Source of the DNA: Candidatus Babelota bacterium
Lineage (GTDB): Bacteria > Babelota > Babeliae > Babelales > Vermiphilaceae
Reading direction: 5' to 3'
Length of the DNA stretch: 64,000 nt
Assembly (NCBI GenBank): GCA_049325595.1
Contig: JBMOLF010000011.1
Coordinates: forward strand, 1-64,000
The position numbers and the translations under genes were made by a program. Below the pieces are notes generated by a model. That model was not told the origin of the DNA and searched no databases. It worked only from the letters and a program-made list of their open reading frames with translations. Positions 21,144 to 30,785 of this stretch are shown piece after piece (the stretch's first letter is position 1; every line of letters begins with the position of its first letter).

Positions 21144-21317
21144 TTTTATAAATCCTGCTCCAGATCTAGTTTATCATTGCTTTTTTATCGAGATCATCAT
21201 TATATTTTAATCTCCATGCACCAACAAAGACTGATACTGCAAATGCTGCAAAAAATGTTGAAGGTGGAATGGAAAAAAGATCAAATGTTTTTAATTCAGA
21301 ATTACTGTTTTAAAAGA

Positions 21318-21365
21318 GCAGCTATACTCTCTATCAATCAATGGGAAGTATAGCTGCCCTTTTTT
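21318..21365 (+). terminator. Intrinsic terminator-like hairpin
   Basis: GCAGCTATACT/AGTATAGCTGC 11-bp stem followed by a T tract. Confidence 0.65.
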
Positions 21366-22224
21366 ATTTGACATTATATGCTTTTTTTATACGTTCGGTT
21401 AATGAACCTTTTTTATAGTAATTGGCAAAAAGATCATTTTCTAATTTGTCACGAACAGGTTGTTTTAGAGCTGAATAAAAGCTTGTAAACTTGTTAACTT
21501 TTTCAGCAATCTCAGCAGCTTGAATAATTTTTTCTTTTAATGGTAATGCATTAAAAGCCGTGTAGAGCTGAACTGCAACATCCTTAGTAACATTAACAAC
21601 TTCAATCGCAGTATCTGGCGTAGCTTGAGCGGCTTGGTACAACGTTGTTGCTGCAGCCGTTGCAGCTTTACCCGTTTTTACAAGAATTATACTACCTGCT
21701 GCTTTTGCATTAGCTGTTATGGCGGCTGCTTTTGCCGCAACAATAGTTCCCGGGAATACAACTGGTGCCGCTACAATTATCACTCCTGCAGCAGTAACGC
21801 CAATAACGCAACCAATAACTATTTTTTTTGTGCTAATTCTTTTAGATTCTGCTGGTATAGTTTTTGCTACTTCTTTAAATTCCTGAATAATTCCATCAAT
21901 TTTTTGTTCTCCACCAAAAGAAACAAAAGATTTGAAACATTCTTGGCATTCTGATGGTATTCCATCCGTATTAACAGGTTTTCTTGCATTCAGCGCTAAA
22001 CAATCAAGAAAATTATCTTCTGCCAATAAAAGAACAAGCCGATACTCTTGCTCTTTTTCTTTTCTTCTTTTTTGGTAATCAGGTGAAATTTTTCCAAAAA
22101 CATACCGGCCTGCTGCTATGGTTGCATCACTTAATCGACCTACTGCAGCGGCTAATTCAAGTTTGCCTACAGACTAGGCTTGAAATGATATCAAGCCTAC
22201 AAAAAGAAAAATAATTTTTTTCAT
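21364..22224 (-). pseudogene. Secreted/membrane protein gene interrupted by an in-frame TAG at codon 17
   Basis: ATG at 22224 (ATGA overlap with the upstream gene): MKKIIFLFVGLISFQA*SVGKLELAAA..., in frame with ORF 21364..22026. Confidence 0.75.
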
Positions 22225-22910
22225 TTTCCTTTTATTCTGTTAAAAGCGGATTGTTTTTTTGACAGATATTCTTCGCCGACTAAACTTATAAACTTTTTTA
22301 TTTCTTCAACACATGGCTTAGGTAATTGATAATCTTCATCAATTTCTGCTTTGTTGTGTTTTAACATGCAATTTGACAATGCTAAATCAGCTTCAATTTG
22401 TCTTGATATCATCTTACCTTGACTGTCTCTAGCAGCCTTCTCTCCGTGTGGTCGGTAGTAATGATAGACATCAACAAATGCTCTGCCTATATTTACTCCT
22501 GAGCTTGCAATTTGCAACACCATACTAGCATCTCGTGCTTTATCACGCCAGGTAGATTTTTTTGACTCCTGAGGTTGATTTACATCTTTTGTTTCATTGT
22601 TTGATGATTCGTTTGTGGCCTCGGTAACTGTTCTTGATCCCTCAAATTCTTTTAGTTTTGCATTAAGGTCAGCGATTGTTTTCTTTTGTGCTTCAACAGT
22701 TCCAGCTACTTCATCATATTTTAATGCTTTATTAATGAATGTATAACCTTCACATCCAAGTTCATATCCCTTTACAGTACAGTGCCAAAACATCGCTAAT
22801 TTATCAAAAACGCCAGACTGAGGAACAGCTGTGCTAGCGGGTGATGGATTATTTCCTAATAAATTGTTACCAAAAACAAATAATGATAATAAAACTATAT
22901 TGATCTTCAT
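22221..22910 (-). CDS. Secreted hypothetical protein
   Basis: Signal peptide; C-terminal Cys-pair domain. Confidence 0.7.
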   Translation of the reverse strand: MKINIVLLSLFVFGNNLLGNNPSPASTAVPQSGVFDKLAMFWHCTVKGYELGCEGYTFINKALKYDEVAGTVEAQKKTIADLNAKLKEFEGSRTVTEATNESSNNETKDVNQPQESKKSTWRDKARDASMVLQIASSGVNIGRAFVDVYHYYRPHGEKAARDSQGKMISRQIEADLALSNCMLKHNKAEIDEDYQLPKPCVEEIKKFISLVGEEYLSKKQSAFNRIKGK

Positions 22911-22930
22911 TTTTACTTACCGTTTTTTTG

Positions 22931-23386
22931 TTACGAATTAGTTAATTGATTAATTTCTCTAGCGCAATCATCCCACTTAATTAAAAGTAGATATAGTAGG
23001 TTTATCGCATAAGCGGTTCTAATATAATGATATTTAAGAAGTGATGCTTGAAGTTTGCTTAAATTTAATGTCTCGTGATCAAAATTCATCGAATAAAAAG
23101 TTTCTGATACCTGCCCACGAAACTTAAGCCATAAGTCTTCTAATGCTTTGTCTAATAAGTCTTTCAAATTATCAACATTGGACTTATTGGCATTTTGGGA
23201 TACTATGTCATCCCTATAAGCTTCATATTCATTCCTAAGAGAAAAAATAATCTTTTGTTGCTGATTTATTTTTTCACCGAGCTCATAAAGCTCTTCTTGT
23301 TTTTTAATGATTTGATCAGATACTGAATTATCTGCATGCATCATTGACACAGTTATCAATGAGCAGAATAAGAAATATCTTTTCAT
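22931..23386 (-). CDS. Secreted coiled-coil hypothetical protein
   Basis: Signal peptide (MMHA-D); helical. Confidence 0.7.
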   Translation of the reverse strand: MKRYFLFCSLITVSMMHADNSVSDQIIKKQEELYELGEKINQQQKIIFSLRNEYEAYRDDIVSQNANKSNVDNLKDLLDKALEDLWLKFRGQVSETFYSMNFDHETLNLSKLQASLLKYHYIRTAYAINLLYLLLIKWDDCAREINQLTNS

Positions 23387-23502
23387 AGAAAGATTCCCCT
23401 TGTTGTAAAAGATATATGATTAATAATGTACTGCGTGATGCAGAATTATAAAAAAAAATTAAAATAATGTCTATTATGATGCATAAATATTTTAGGAAGC
23501 TT

Positions 23503-23840
23503 ATGAATCATAAAAAGAAGATTTCAGCTAGAACGAAAAACATTATGATTCCTGGGGCTCCAAAGGAATATAGCGCCTTGCAAGTGAAAGAAATAAGAGC
23601 TAGAAACAACTGTTCTCAAAAGTTTTTGCACAAATATTGAATGTTAATTTAAATACCTTACGATCATGGGAACTTGGTCGAAGAAAACCAACCAGTTCAG
23701 CAATGAGACTTTTAGAGCTAATTGATAATAACCTCTATCTATCTTTAAAACCACCAGTAAAGAATACGGTTCAAAAGCCATTCATTATTCTGGATAATCC
23801 TATTAATTATACAGATCGAGAAAATTCTTATTGTGCATAA
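23503..23840 (+). pseudogene. Frameshifted XRE-family HTH protein (YiaG/HigA-like)
   Basis: MNHKKK...VKEIRARNNCSQKF stops at 23640. One added T in the run at 23623-23627 gives SQKFFAQILNVNLNTLRSWELGRRKP. Confidence 0.8.
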
Positions 23841-23852
23841 TACCAGTAGTTT

Positions 23853-24371
23853 TTAGTTTGCATGATCGTTTTTTTCTTTTTCTAAAAATTGTTGCGCAAA
23901 ATCAATCACCGTTTGATTAGGAAGTTCTATATTGCTGATTAATATCGGCGGATAGTTAAAAATTTTAGACCAGAAAATGCCCATTTTCCCAGCAATTGAT
24001 GCTTGCTTTCGTACTAACTCCATATCTTTTAAAGTAATCCCCAGTTGCACAAATGGCGACGAACTGCTCCATTGATAATTACTAATACGAGCGATATTGT
24101 CCCATGGGATATGGCCATAATGCTTAACCCAAATACCAGATGCATCAATAATTGCAGCTGGCTCAGGGTTTTTTATAAGAAAGTACGTATAGGTCGCGGC
24201 AACAACAACTAGCAAATCAAAGAGGACAAAAAAACATTGAATAAACTTACCTAAAAAGTCCCATTGGTTAACAAACAAAATCCAAAAAAAAGACATGCCC
24301 CATATCACGGGAAGATAGTTAAATCGCTCTACTATGGTTTTATCAAAATTGACTATAAGTTTTGGATTCAT
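23853..24371 (-). CDS. Two-TM protein with PH-like C-terminal domain (STM3941-like), paralog 1
   Basis: PA....GIW...G.I.W..I motif. Confidence 0.7.
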   Translation of the reverse strand: MNPKLIVNFDKTIVERFNYLPVIWGMSFFWILFVNQWDFLGKFIQCFFVLFDLLVVVAATYTYFLIKNPEPAAIIDASGIWVKHYGHIPWDNIARISNYQWSSSSPFVQLGITLKDMELVRKQASIAGKMGIFWSKIFNYPPILISNIELPNQTVIDFAQQFLEKEKNDHAN

Positions 24372-24378
24372 AGTTTGG

Positions 24379-24873
24379 TTATTTCTCTAAAAATTGTTGT
24401 GCAAAATCAACGATTGTTTGGCAGGGAAGATCAAGATAGCTCAATCTCACTGGCGCATATCTAAAAATTTTTGCCCATAGAAAATTAATTTTTTCATAAA
24501 ATCCAGCTTGAGCAAATACCGGTGTTTTGTCTTTTAACTCCACTACAATAGTTTCTGTAGGATAACCCATAACTAATGGCATATAAAATTCTGTTATGTT
24601 GCTCCATGGGATTGTTCCATAACCTCGTGCCCATAATCCATTTTCACTTAAAACTGCGGCTGGCTCATCTGATTTGAAGAGCTTATACATATAAATTACT
24701 GATGGGATAGCAAGCGCTATAGATAGACCTACTAAGTATTTTAAAATCAATTGCCAACCAGAAGATTTAAGAAAAAAGAAAAATAGTAGCCACATTAAAA
24801 ATTGTAGAGGAATTAAACGCAAGGCCCGTTCAAAAACTTTTTTATTAAATGGTACAACTAATTTTGGTGTCAT
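24379..24873 (-). CDS. Two-TM PH-like protein, paralog 2
   Basis: EPAAVLSENGLW..YGTIPWSNI; ends DFAQQFLEK. Confidence 0.7.
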   Translation of the reverse strand: MTPKLVVPFNKKVFERALRLIPLQFLMWLLFFFFLKSSGWQLILKYLVGLSIALAIPSVIYMYKLFKSDEPAAVLSENGLWARGYGTIPWSNITEFYMPLVMGYPTETIVVELKDKTPVFAQAGFYEKINFLWAKIFRYAPVRLSYLDLPCQTIVDFAQQFLEK

Positions 24874-24884
24874 GATTCCACTTA

Positions 24885-25397
24885 TTATTGGTAATTTTTT
24901 AAAAGCTGCTGCGCTACATTAACTATTACATCACAAGAAACATCTAAACTACTCAAAAAAATTGGTGGACAATCAAAGAGCTTAGAATAAAAAAAGCATG
25001 CTTTGCCGGTAAAATTACTTTGCGCTGAAATAGACTTGTTATTCTTTAATCTAATGCCAATACTATCAACCGGAATATTAAAAACTTGAAATGTATAAAT
25101 TTCTTTTATTTTACCCCACTCAATAAACCCGTTGTTATGCGTCCAAATACCCTCATTGTACAAGGCCATGGCTGGGGCCTTTGAGTAGTATAATCGATAA
25201 ACATATAAGGTCGATGGAAGGGCCAGAATACTATACCAAACAATAAAATGTCGAATATATATCCCTAGATTCCACCATGAGATGTAACAAGACAAAAGAA
25301 AAAAAATAAATAAATATCCAAAAATAATTTTTGGAGCATCTTTTAAATTTTTATTATAATTAACGACTAATTGAGGATTCATATTTGGCATGTTCAT
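24885..25397 (-). CDS. Two-TM PH-like protein, paralog 3
   Basis: APAMALYNEGIW...GFIEWGKI. Confidence 0.7.
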   Translation of the reverse strand: MNMPNMNPQLVVNYNKNLKDAPKIIFGYLFIFFLLSCYISWWNLGIYIRHFIVWYSILALPSTLYVYRLYYSKAPAMALYNEGIWTHNNGFIEWGKIKEIYTFQVFNIPVDSIGIRLKNNKSISAQSNFTGKACFFYSKLFDCPPIFLSSLDVSCDVIVNVAQQLLKNYQ

Positions 25398-25550
25398 GTT
25401 GCCTCACTTTTTATTGATTTTAAGAATCAATTTATGGTTATATTAGTCTTAAATCAGATTCTTCGATTCATATATTATTGTCAACTTTTATTGCGCTATG
25501 TAACCAAAAATATGCTAAACTAAGAAAAACTTTTCCTAAAAGGTTATTGC

Positions 25551-26522
25551 ATGCCAATTCTTTCGGTACATAATTTATCTAAAATATTTATTTCGCGAAA
25601 ACATTTTTTTACACACAAAAAACAGTTTCATGCCGTAAAAAAAATCTCTTTTGAGGTACAAGAAGGTGAAATTTTAGGATTACTCGGCACTAATGGTGCG
25701 GGAAAAACTACTACTATTCAAATGCTACTTGGCCTGCTTACTCCCACATCGGGAACCATAACCTATTTTGGCAAAGATTTTGCAGAACATCGCTCAGAAA
25801 TTTTAGAAAAAGTTACCTTTGCAAGTACCTATGTAAAATTACCTGGACGATTATCTGTCTGGGAAAATTTAGATGTTTTTGCTCGATTGAATGGCGTGCC
25901 AAGCTCAATACGAAAAGAACGAATCAATCAATTTTTAAAAACATTTGATATGTGGAATCTACGCGATAAAGAAACGGGCACTTTGTCAGCCGGACAAATG
26001 ACGCGCGTTATGCTTGCAAAAGCATTTATTCCACAACCTTCAATAGTTCTTCTTGATGAACCTACGGCATCACTTGATCCAGATATCGCACAAGAAGTAC
26101 GTCAGTTTGTGTTGCAACAAAAACGCGAGCATGGTTTATCAGCATTATTTACTTCACACAACATGGATGAAGTTACTGAAGTATGTGACAGAGTACTTGT
26201 AATGAAAGATGGTGTTATTGTTGCCAATAACACTCCAGCAGAGCTTGCTGCATCAGTGTCTAATGCCCACGTTCATTTAGTCATAACGGAAGGGCTTGAA
26301 GCAGCAGTAGCCTATGCTCAAAGCCATCAATTACCCCACAAAGTGCATGAGCGCAGTATTGAGTTAGAAATTGACGAGCAAGAAATTGCACAATTTTTAA
26401 TGTCACTAGCGCAATCAGGTGTTACCTACTCACAAATTTTTATAGACAAACCAACGTTGGAAGATTTTTTTCTTTCAGTTGTTAAGAAAAAAAATGGCAT
26501 TCACCATAAGGAATCACTATGA
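25551..26522 (+). CDS. ABC-2 type exporter ATPase
   Basis: GTNGAGKT, LSAGQ, DEPTASLDP, PTLEDFF. Confidence 0.9.
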   Translation: MPILSVHNLSKIFISRKHFFTHKKQFHAVKKISFEVQEGEILGLLGTNGAGKTTTIQMLLGLLTPTSGTITYFGKDFAEHRSEILEKVTFASTYVKLPGRLSVWENLDVFARLNGVPSSIRKERINQFLKTFDMWNLRDKETGTLSAGQMTRVMLAKAFIPQPSIVLLDEPTASLDPDIAQEVRQFVLQQKREHGLSALFTSHNMDEVTEVCDRVLVMKDGVIVANNTPAELAASVSNAHVHLVITEGLEAAVAYAQSHQLPHKVHERSIELEIDEQEIAQFLMSLAQSGVTYSQIFIDKPTLEDFFLSVVKKKNGIHHKESL

Positions 26523-27310
26523 AATGGGCACGCATCTGGGCAATGATTTTACGCCATGCTCTCTTATTATTTAAAGACGCTAATCGTATTATTTGGATTT
26601 TGTACTGGCCTTTAGTTGATATTGCATTGTGGGGTTTTACCGCTAATTGGGTTAATACTAATCAAACCACTGCTTCAACAGCTGGATTAACATTAATTAC
26701 GGCCGTTGTTTTTTGGCAATTGGTTAATCGCGCTGGATTTGAAGTAAGCAGTAGTTTGCTTGAAGAATTTTGGTCTTTAAATATGGTAAATATTTTTGCT
26801 ACACCAATCCGTATCGGCGAATGGATTATTGCAACTATTTTGCTTACTGTCGGCACGTCACTTTTCGTAACGTTCTACTGTATCGGCGCTGTCAAATTAA
26901 TGTACAGTATTAATATTTTTAGCATTGGTATCGCTGTCTTACCATACCTTCTTTCACTATTTATTGCTGGGCTTTGGATTAGCTTTGTTTCATCAATTTT
27001 TTTAATCTACTTTGGCGCACGCGTACAATCACTTGCTTTTATGCTCACCTGGCTGTTTGCACCATTTATAGCAGCCTTTTATCCGCTTGAAATACTGCCA
27101 GCTTATGGACGCATTATTGCTTATTTATTGCCTATGACCTATTCATTTGAGGGCATTCGCCATCTCATTCAAGAAGGTACATTTGTCCCTTCGTTATTCT
27201 GGTGGGGATTTGTAATGAGCCTTGTATATTGTGCTGGCGCTATTTGGGGCTTCAAAGCTGCTTTTGTGCGTAGTAAAGAAAAAGGCCTTGCGCGACTTAC
27301 TGCTGATTAA
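26519..27310 (+). CDS. ABC-2 type exporter permease
   Basis: About 6 TM segments; FYPLEILP...LPMTY; ATGA overlap. Confidence 0.88.
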   Translation: MKWARIWAMILRHALLLFKDANRIIWILYWPLVDIALWGFTANWVNTNQTTASTAGLTLITAVVFWQLVNRAGFEVSSSLLEEFWSLNMVNIFATPIRIGEWIIATILLTVGTSLFVTFYCIGAVKLMYSINIFSIGIAVLPYLLSLFIAGLWISFVSSIFLIYFGARVQSLAFMLTWLFAPFIAAFYPLEILPAYGRIIAYLLPMTYSFEGIRHLIQEGTFVPSLFWWGFVMSLVYCAGAIWGFKAAFVRSKEKGLARLTAD

Positions 27311-27337
27311 CATTAAAAAACCTAGAAAAACCTAGTC

Positions 27338-27628
27338 ATGAATATAAAATATTTCTTATTTACTTTATGGTGCTTTTCTTTAATTAAGACTGAACAAATC
27401 CCAACAGAAAAGCCATTTACTGTTCAAGATTTTGAAAAAATTAAAATATCTTGCGATAAGATGCTAGAAGACATCGGTAGATTGTATCGTGTTATATTAA
27501 AAACACGAGAAGAACTAAAAAATAATCCTCATCAACAATTAGGACTTAGAAGTGTAGCTATAAAAATCAATGAAATTGAATTTTTAACGTTATATAATTA
27601 TTACAAACAAAATTGTTTGAAAAACTAA
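27338..27628 (+). CDS. Small secreted helical protein (Cys pair)
   Basis: Signal; SCDKML...YKQNC. Confidence 0.65.
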   Translation: MNIKYFLFTLWCFSLIKTEQIPTEKPFTVQDFEKIKISCDKMLEDIGRLYRVILKTREELKNNPHQQLGLRSVAIKINEIEFLTLYNYYKQNCLKN

Positions 27629-27751
27629 TCGCGACTGATTTTTATTTTCAATTAGAGAAGCGATCAGCGTTTATTATTTATGTATTTGATTTTTTACCAG
27701 CATGCAATAATCTTATTTTGTAATCACAATTTAAAGTAATAGGATATCTGT

Positions 27752-28039
27752 ATGCTCAAAAAAATAATTTTGGCTCTTGTGCCCTTTGTTAGCATGGCAA
27801 GTTATTTACATGCAGAAGAGCAAACACCAAAAGCACATTGCGTTCAATTATTAAAACTTATGAGCGCTCTTGCACAAGAAATTAAAGAACAATCAAAAGA
27901 ACCTATTAATGACAATGAATTGGCACAGGTCAAAGTGATAAAAGTTGTTGGATTAGAAACGAAAAAAATAGAGCTGCGAAAATTGGCTTTAGAATATATA
28001 AAATCTAATTGTTCTGAATTACTTAAAACAAATCAATGA
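27752..28039 (+). CDS. Small secreted helical protein (Cys pair)
   Basis: Signal; HCVQLL...YIKSNC. Confidence 0.65.
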   Translation: MLKKIILALVPFVSMASYLHAEEQTPKAHCVQLLKLMSALAQEIKEQSKEPINDNELAQVKVIKVVGLETKKIELRKLALEYIKSNCSELLKTNQ

Positions 28040-28293
28040 AACACATTTTCTACGTACTCATACTTATTTCTAGCGCACTGCACAGCAATGAAAAAATTAT
28101 TTTAAATCATCAGGAATATTGCTCAACGCTCAAAAATACGCTTAATGATTTTAAGCAACTTTGTATTACAAACAATTGTTTAACACACGATATTGATAAG
28201 AACTTTGCTCACCGTGCTTTATGCATGGGTTACAAACTGGGCACAAAAATAACATGGAAGTTATATCATACTAGCTGCAGCCAGACAGAATAG
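28036..28293 (+). CDS. Small secreted Cys-rich protein
   Basis: Signal; YCSTLK...YHTSC; ATGA overlap. Confidence 0.6.
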   Translation: MKHIFYVLILISSALHSNEKIILNHQEYCSTLKNTLNDFKQLCITNNCLTHDIDKNFAHRALCMGYKLGTKITWKLYHTSCSQTE

Positions 28294-28308
28294 TTATCGG
28301 ATTTTACT

Positions 28309-28740
28309 ATGAAAAAAACATTATTGTTACTATTTTTTACCTTCTCAATAAACGCACAACTCTCTTTCAAACATAATCGTTTAACCGATTGGATTATAAA
28401 AGGGATATTAACCAAAAATGAAGAAATACAAAAAACCATAGCTGATGCCGTAACTATATGCGGTGAACCAAAAGTTCTTAAAATTATCGACATCGATTCA
28501 TTGCGAAAAAAAATTGTGATATTAGAACAATTGTGCGAACAATTAAAAATCAAAGCCAATCAATGTGATAGTAAAATAGAAGAAAAAGTTGTGTTAGCAA
28601 AAAACTATCAACTTAATATTTCAAGTTGGGAATCAGCAGAAAAATCACATTGTTGGACAAACTACATTCAATTGGCGTATCACATCGAAACGCTAAAATC
28701 TCTGCAACACGCCATTGAAATCGAATCTTTCAAAAAATAA
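28309..28740 (+). CDS. Secreted hypothetical protein
   Basis: MKKTLLL signal (INA-Q). Confidence 0.65.
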   Translation: MKKTLLLLFFTFSINAQLSFKHNRLTDWIIKGILTKNEEIQKTIADAVTICGEPKVLKIIDIDSLRKKIVILEQLCEQLKIKANQCDSKIEEKVVLAKNYQLNISSWESAEKSHCWTNYIQLAYHIETLKSLQHAIEIESFKK

Positions 28741-29316
28741 TTACTTTATTAATTTCTCAAAGTGCACAAAGCCTTCATCATCACGATTTATTTCAGCAAA
28801 TCCTGCACGCTTGTATACTTTTTGCGCGCGTAGGTTACTTTGTCTAGTAAGCAAAACCACTTTTGTAGCTCCACGAGTTTTAAGATCTTCTACAGCACTT
28901 TCTAATAACTTTTCTGCATACCCTTTACCGCGGAACATTTCTCGCACGGCTAGGAATAAAATTCTACCTTCGTACCAGTTTTCCATATAATACGCGACAA
29001 AACCAACCAGCTGGTTATTTTCACGCAATACTTTGGTGTTAAGCAATCCCGCAAAACGGGGGTCAAGGCCAGCATTTTTACCTTTGAACATATAATTTAC
29101 ATAATCAGGTTCATAGGTAGGAAAAGAGGCTATAAGCCAATACCAATTTTCTTTAAAAATTTGGTGTATCTCTTTATTGTCACGCGCATCGTCGTAAAAA
29201 CTGATTAATTGATCTTGCTTTTGTGTTAACGGCACATAGTTATACAGAACACCAAGCCCCAAAGCGATTATAACTGCGAGGGCGCCAATTTTAAACCATT
29301 TTGAATTTTGTTTCAC
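28741..29316 (-). CDS. GNAT N-acetyltransferase with N-terminal membrane anchor
   Basis: LAVREMFRGKGYA acetyl-CoA motif; NLRAQKVYKRAGF. Confidence 0.88.
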   Translation of the reverse strand: MKQNSKWFKIGALAVIIALGLGVLYNYVPLTQKQDQLISFYDDARDNKEIHQIFKENWYWLIASFPTYEPDYVNYMFKGKNAGLDPRFAGLLNTKVLRENNQLVGFVAYYMENWYEGRILFLAVREMFRGKGYAEKLLESAVEDLKTRGATKVVLLTRQSNLRAQKVYKRAGFAEINRDDEGFVHFEKLIK

Positions 29317-30062
29317 TGATGTTCCTTATCATAAAGAATTTTATAGAGCATTAATCCTTGTGCCGGTGCATTAGGCAATGTTTGCAAAGGGTTTTTTTCT
29401 GCTAATACCTCTTGTAAATAGTGTACTGCAAGTTGCGGTGTAGCAGCAACTTCTAGAGCAGCACCAACAATTCTGCGAATCATATGATGTAAAAAACCAG
29501 GGCCCTTCACTACAATACGATATGCCTTAAAGCGACGTAAATATTCAAGATGAATTGAATCTACACGCCGCACGGTGTCATCCTTTTCACCAGTACAAAA
29601 TGAACGAAAATCATGCGTGCCAACAAACACCTGCAAAGCTTTTTCTAATTTCTCAAAATCAATCGGATACCGATAAAACCATCCATAGCGCGCAAAAAAA
29701 GGTAGCGGTTGTGCGATAAAAAAATGATAATAATAAATTTTTTGCCGCACATTGTGCCGCGGATTAAAACTATCAACCTCTTCAAGAGAGCGAATCATAA
29801 TATCAGCTGGTAGCTTACCGCGCAGTCCCTGCAACAATTTTGATGGTGTAATTATTAAGTCCGAACTAAATGTGGCAATTTGTCCAGCAGCATGAACACC
29901 TGCATCGGTACGCGATGCACCCAAGAGTTTAATTTCTCGATCAAAAACTTGTTTAAAGGTATCTTGAATAGTTCCTGCAACGGTTACTTTGTCTGGTTGT
30001 ACCTGCCAGCCATGATAATTAGTACCGTCATAGGCAACAATGAGTTTATATTGTTTAATCAT
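29313..30062 (-). CDS. truA: tRNA pseudouridine(38-40) synthase
   Basis: YDGTNYHGWQ, ASRTDAGVHA, GTHDF, FLHHMIR. Confidence 0.96.
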   Translation of the reverse strand: MIKQYKLIVAYDGTNYHGWQVQPDKVTVAGTIQDTFKQVFDREIKLLGASRTDAGVHAAGQIATFSSDLIITPSKLLQGLRGKLPADIMIRSLEEVDSFNPRHNVRQKIYYYHFFIAQPLPFFARYGWFYRYPIDFEKLEKALQVFVGTHDFRSFCTGEKDDTVRRVDSIHLEYLRRFKAYRIVVKGPGFLHHMIRRIVGAALEVAATPQLAVHYLQEVLAEKNPLQTLPNAPAQGLMLYKILYDKEHQ

Positions 30063-30774
30063 GTTCTATTGTCAAAATGTCATGAATAACTTTTAAGTTT
30101 TCAATGTTTAATGGGGTAGGAACCACATTCTCCCCACCATGATTATAAAAAGCAACTAATGCATCTTTTACTTTCTTGAAGTCATTCCGTGTTAATTTTT
30201 TTGTAACATCAATTTGCTCAAAATTTTCTATGTTTTGAGTAACAGGGTCAACACACACAGCTGTATTTATACCTTTAAAATAAGCAAATAATTGAATACC
30301 CAAAGAATTTTTTGGCTGCGTATTTTCCCAATCTAAATCGGACTCTGTATAAGGAATATGAACAACTTGTTTATCTGTGTTTAGACATAAAAAATTATAT
30401 AGATCTTTTAGTCTATCTAAGTTCAAGTAACAATATTTTTTGTAGTCTTCAATTGACGTATGTCTCATAGTAAAAGCACCATGAGGAGAAATTGCAATGC
30501 CTTCTTTTTCCCTAACTGTCGCTACATGTCTTGTAATACGGCTATAAAAAAATGCTCCAAGCAAATCAGCTCCTCTTTCGCGTTCTGCAAAAGATTTACA
30601 TTGAGGTAGCAAAACTTTTATTTTTTTCTTTTTTACTGAAATTTTACCAGTATATAAATGATTTTCTTTTTCTTTCGCAGGAGCATTTAAAATTATATTA
30701 AAAAAATCTGACTCAATTTCAGAAGCGATTAACCAATTACTTATAAGTAAAATAACAAAAATTTTTTTTAACAC
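30055..30774 (-). CDS. Secreted hypothetical protein, family paralog A
   Basis: Signal; shares N- and C-terminal motifs with 30786, 31600 and 32625. Confidence 0.65.
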   Translation of the reverse strand: MLKKIFVILLISNWLIASEIESDFFNIILNAPAKEKENHLYTGKISVKKKKIKVLLPQCKSFAERERGADLLGAFFYSRITRHVATVREKEGIAISPHGAFTMRHTSIEDYKKYCYLNLDRLKDLYNFLCLNTDKQVVHIPYTESDLDWENTQPKNSLGIQLFAYFKGINTAVCVDPVTQNIENFEQIDVTKKLTRNDFKKVKDALVAFYNHGGENVVPTPLNIENLKVIHDILTIEHD

Positions 30775-30785
30775 TGTGTATCCCT

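Noticed and set aside
21144..21317. Intergenic stretch as a possible sRNA or gene remnant
   Set aside because: Short open frames without a convincing start or recognisable motif.
22174..22176. Genome-wide TAG recoding (alternative genetic code or pyrrolysine)
   Set aside because: TAG ends other genes normally (e.g. mutY and the 6116 ORF), conserved genes are uninterrupted, and no pyl genes are seen.
21625..22214. Plus-strand ORFs 21625..21954 (Cys-rich) and 21984..22214
   Set aside because: Antisense to the minus-strand gene; the Cys richness comes from its Ala-rich codons read on the opposite strand.
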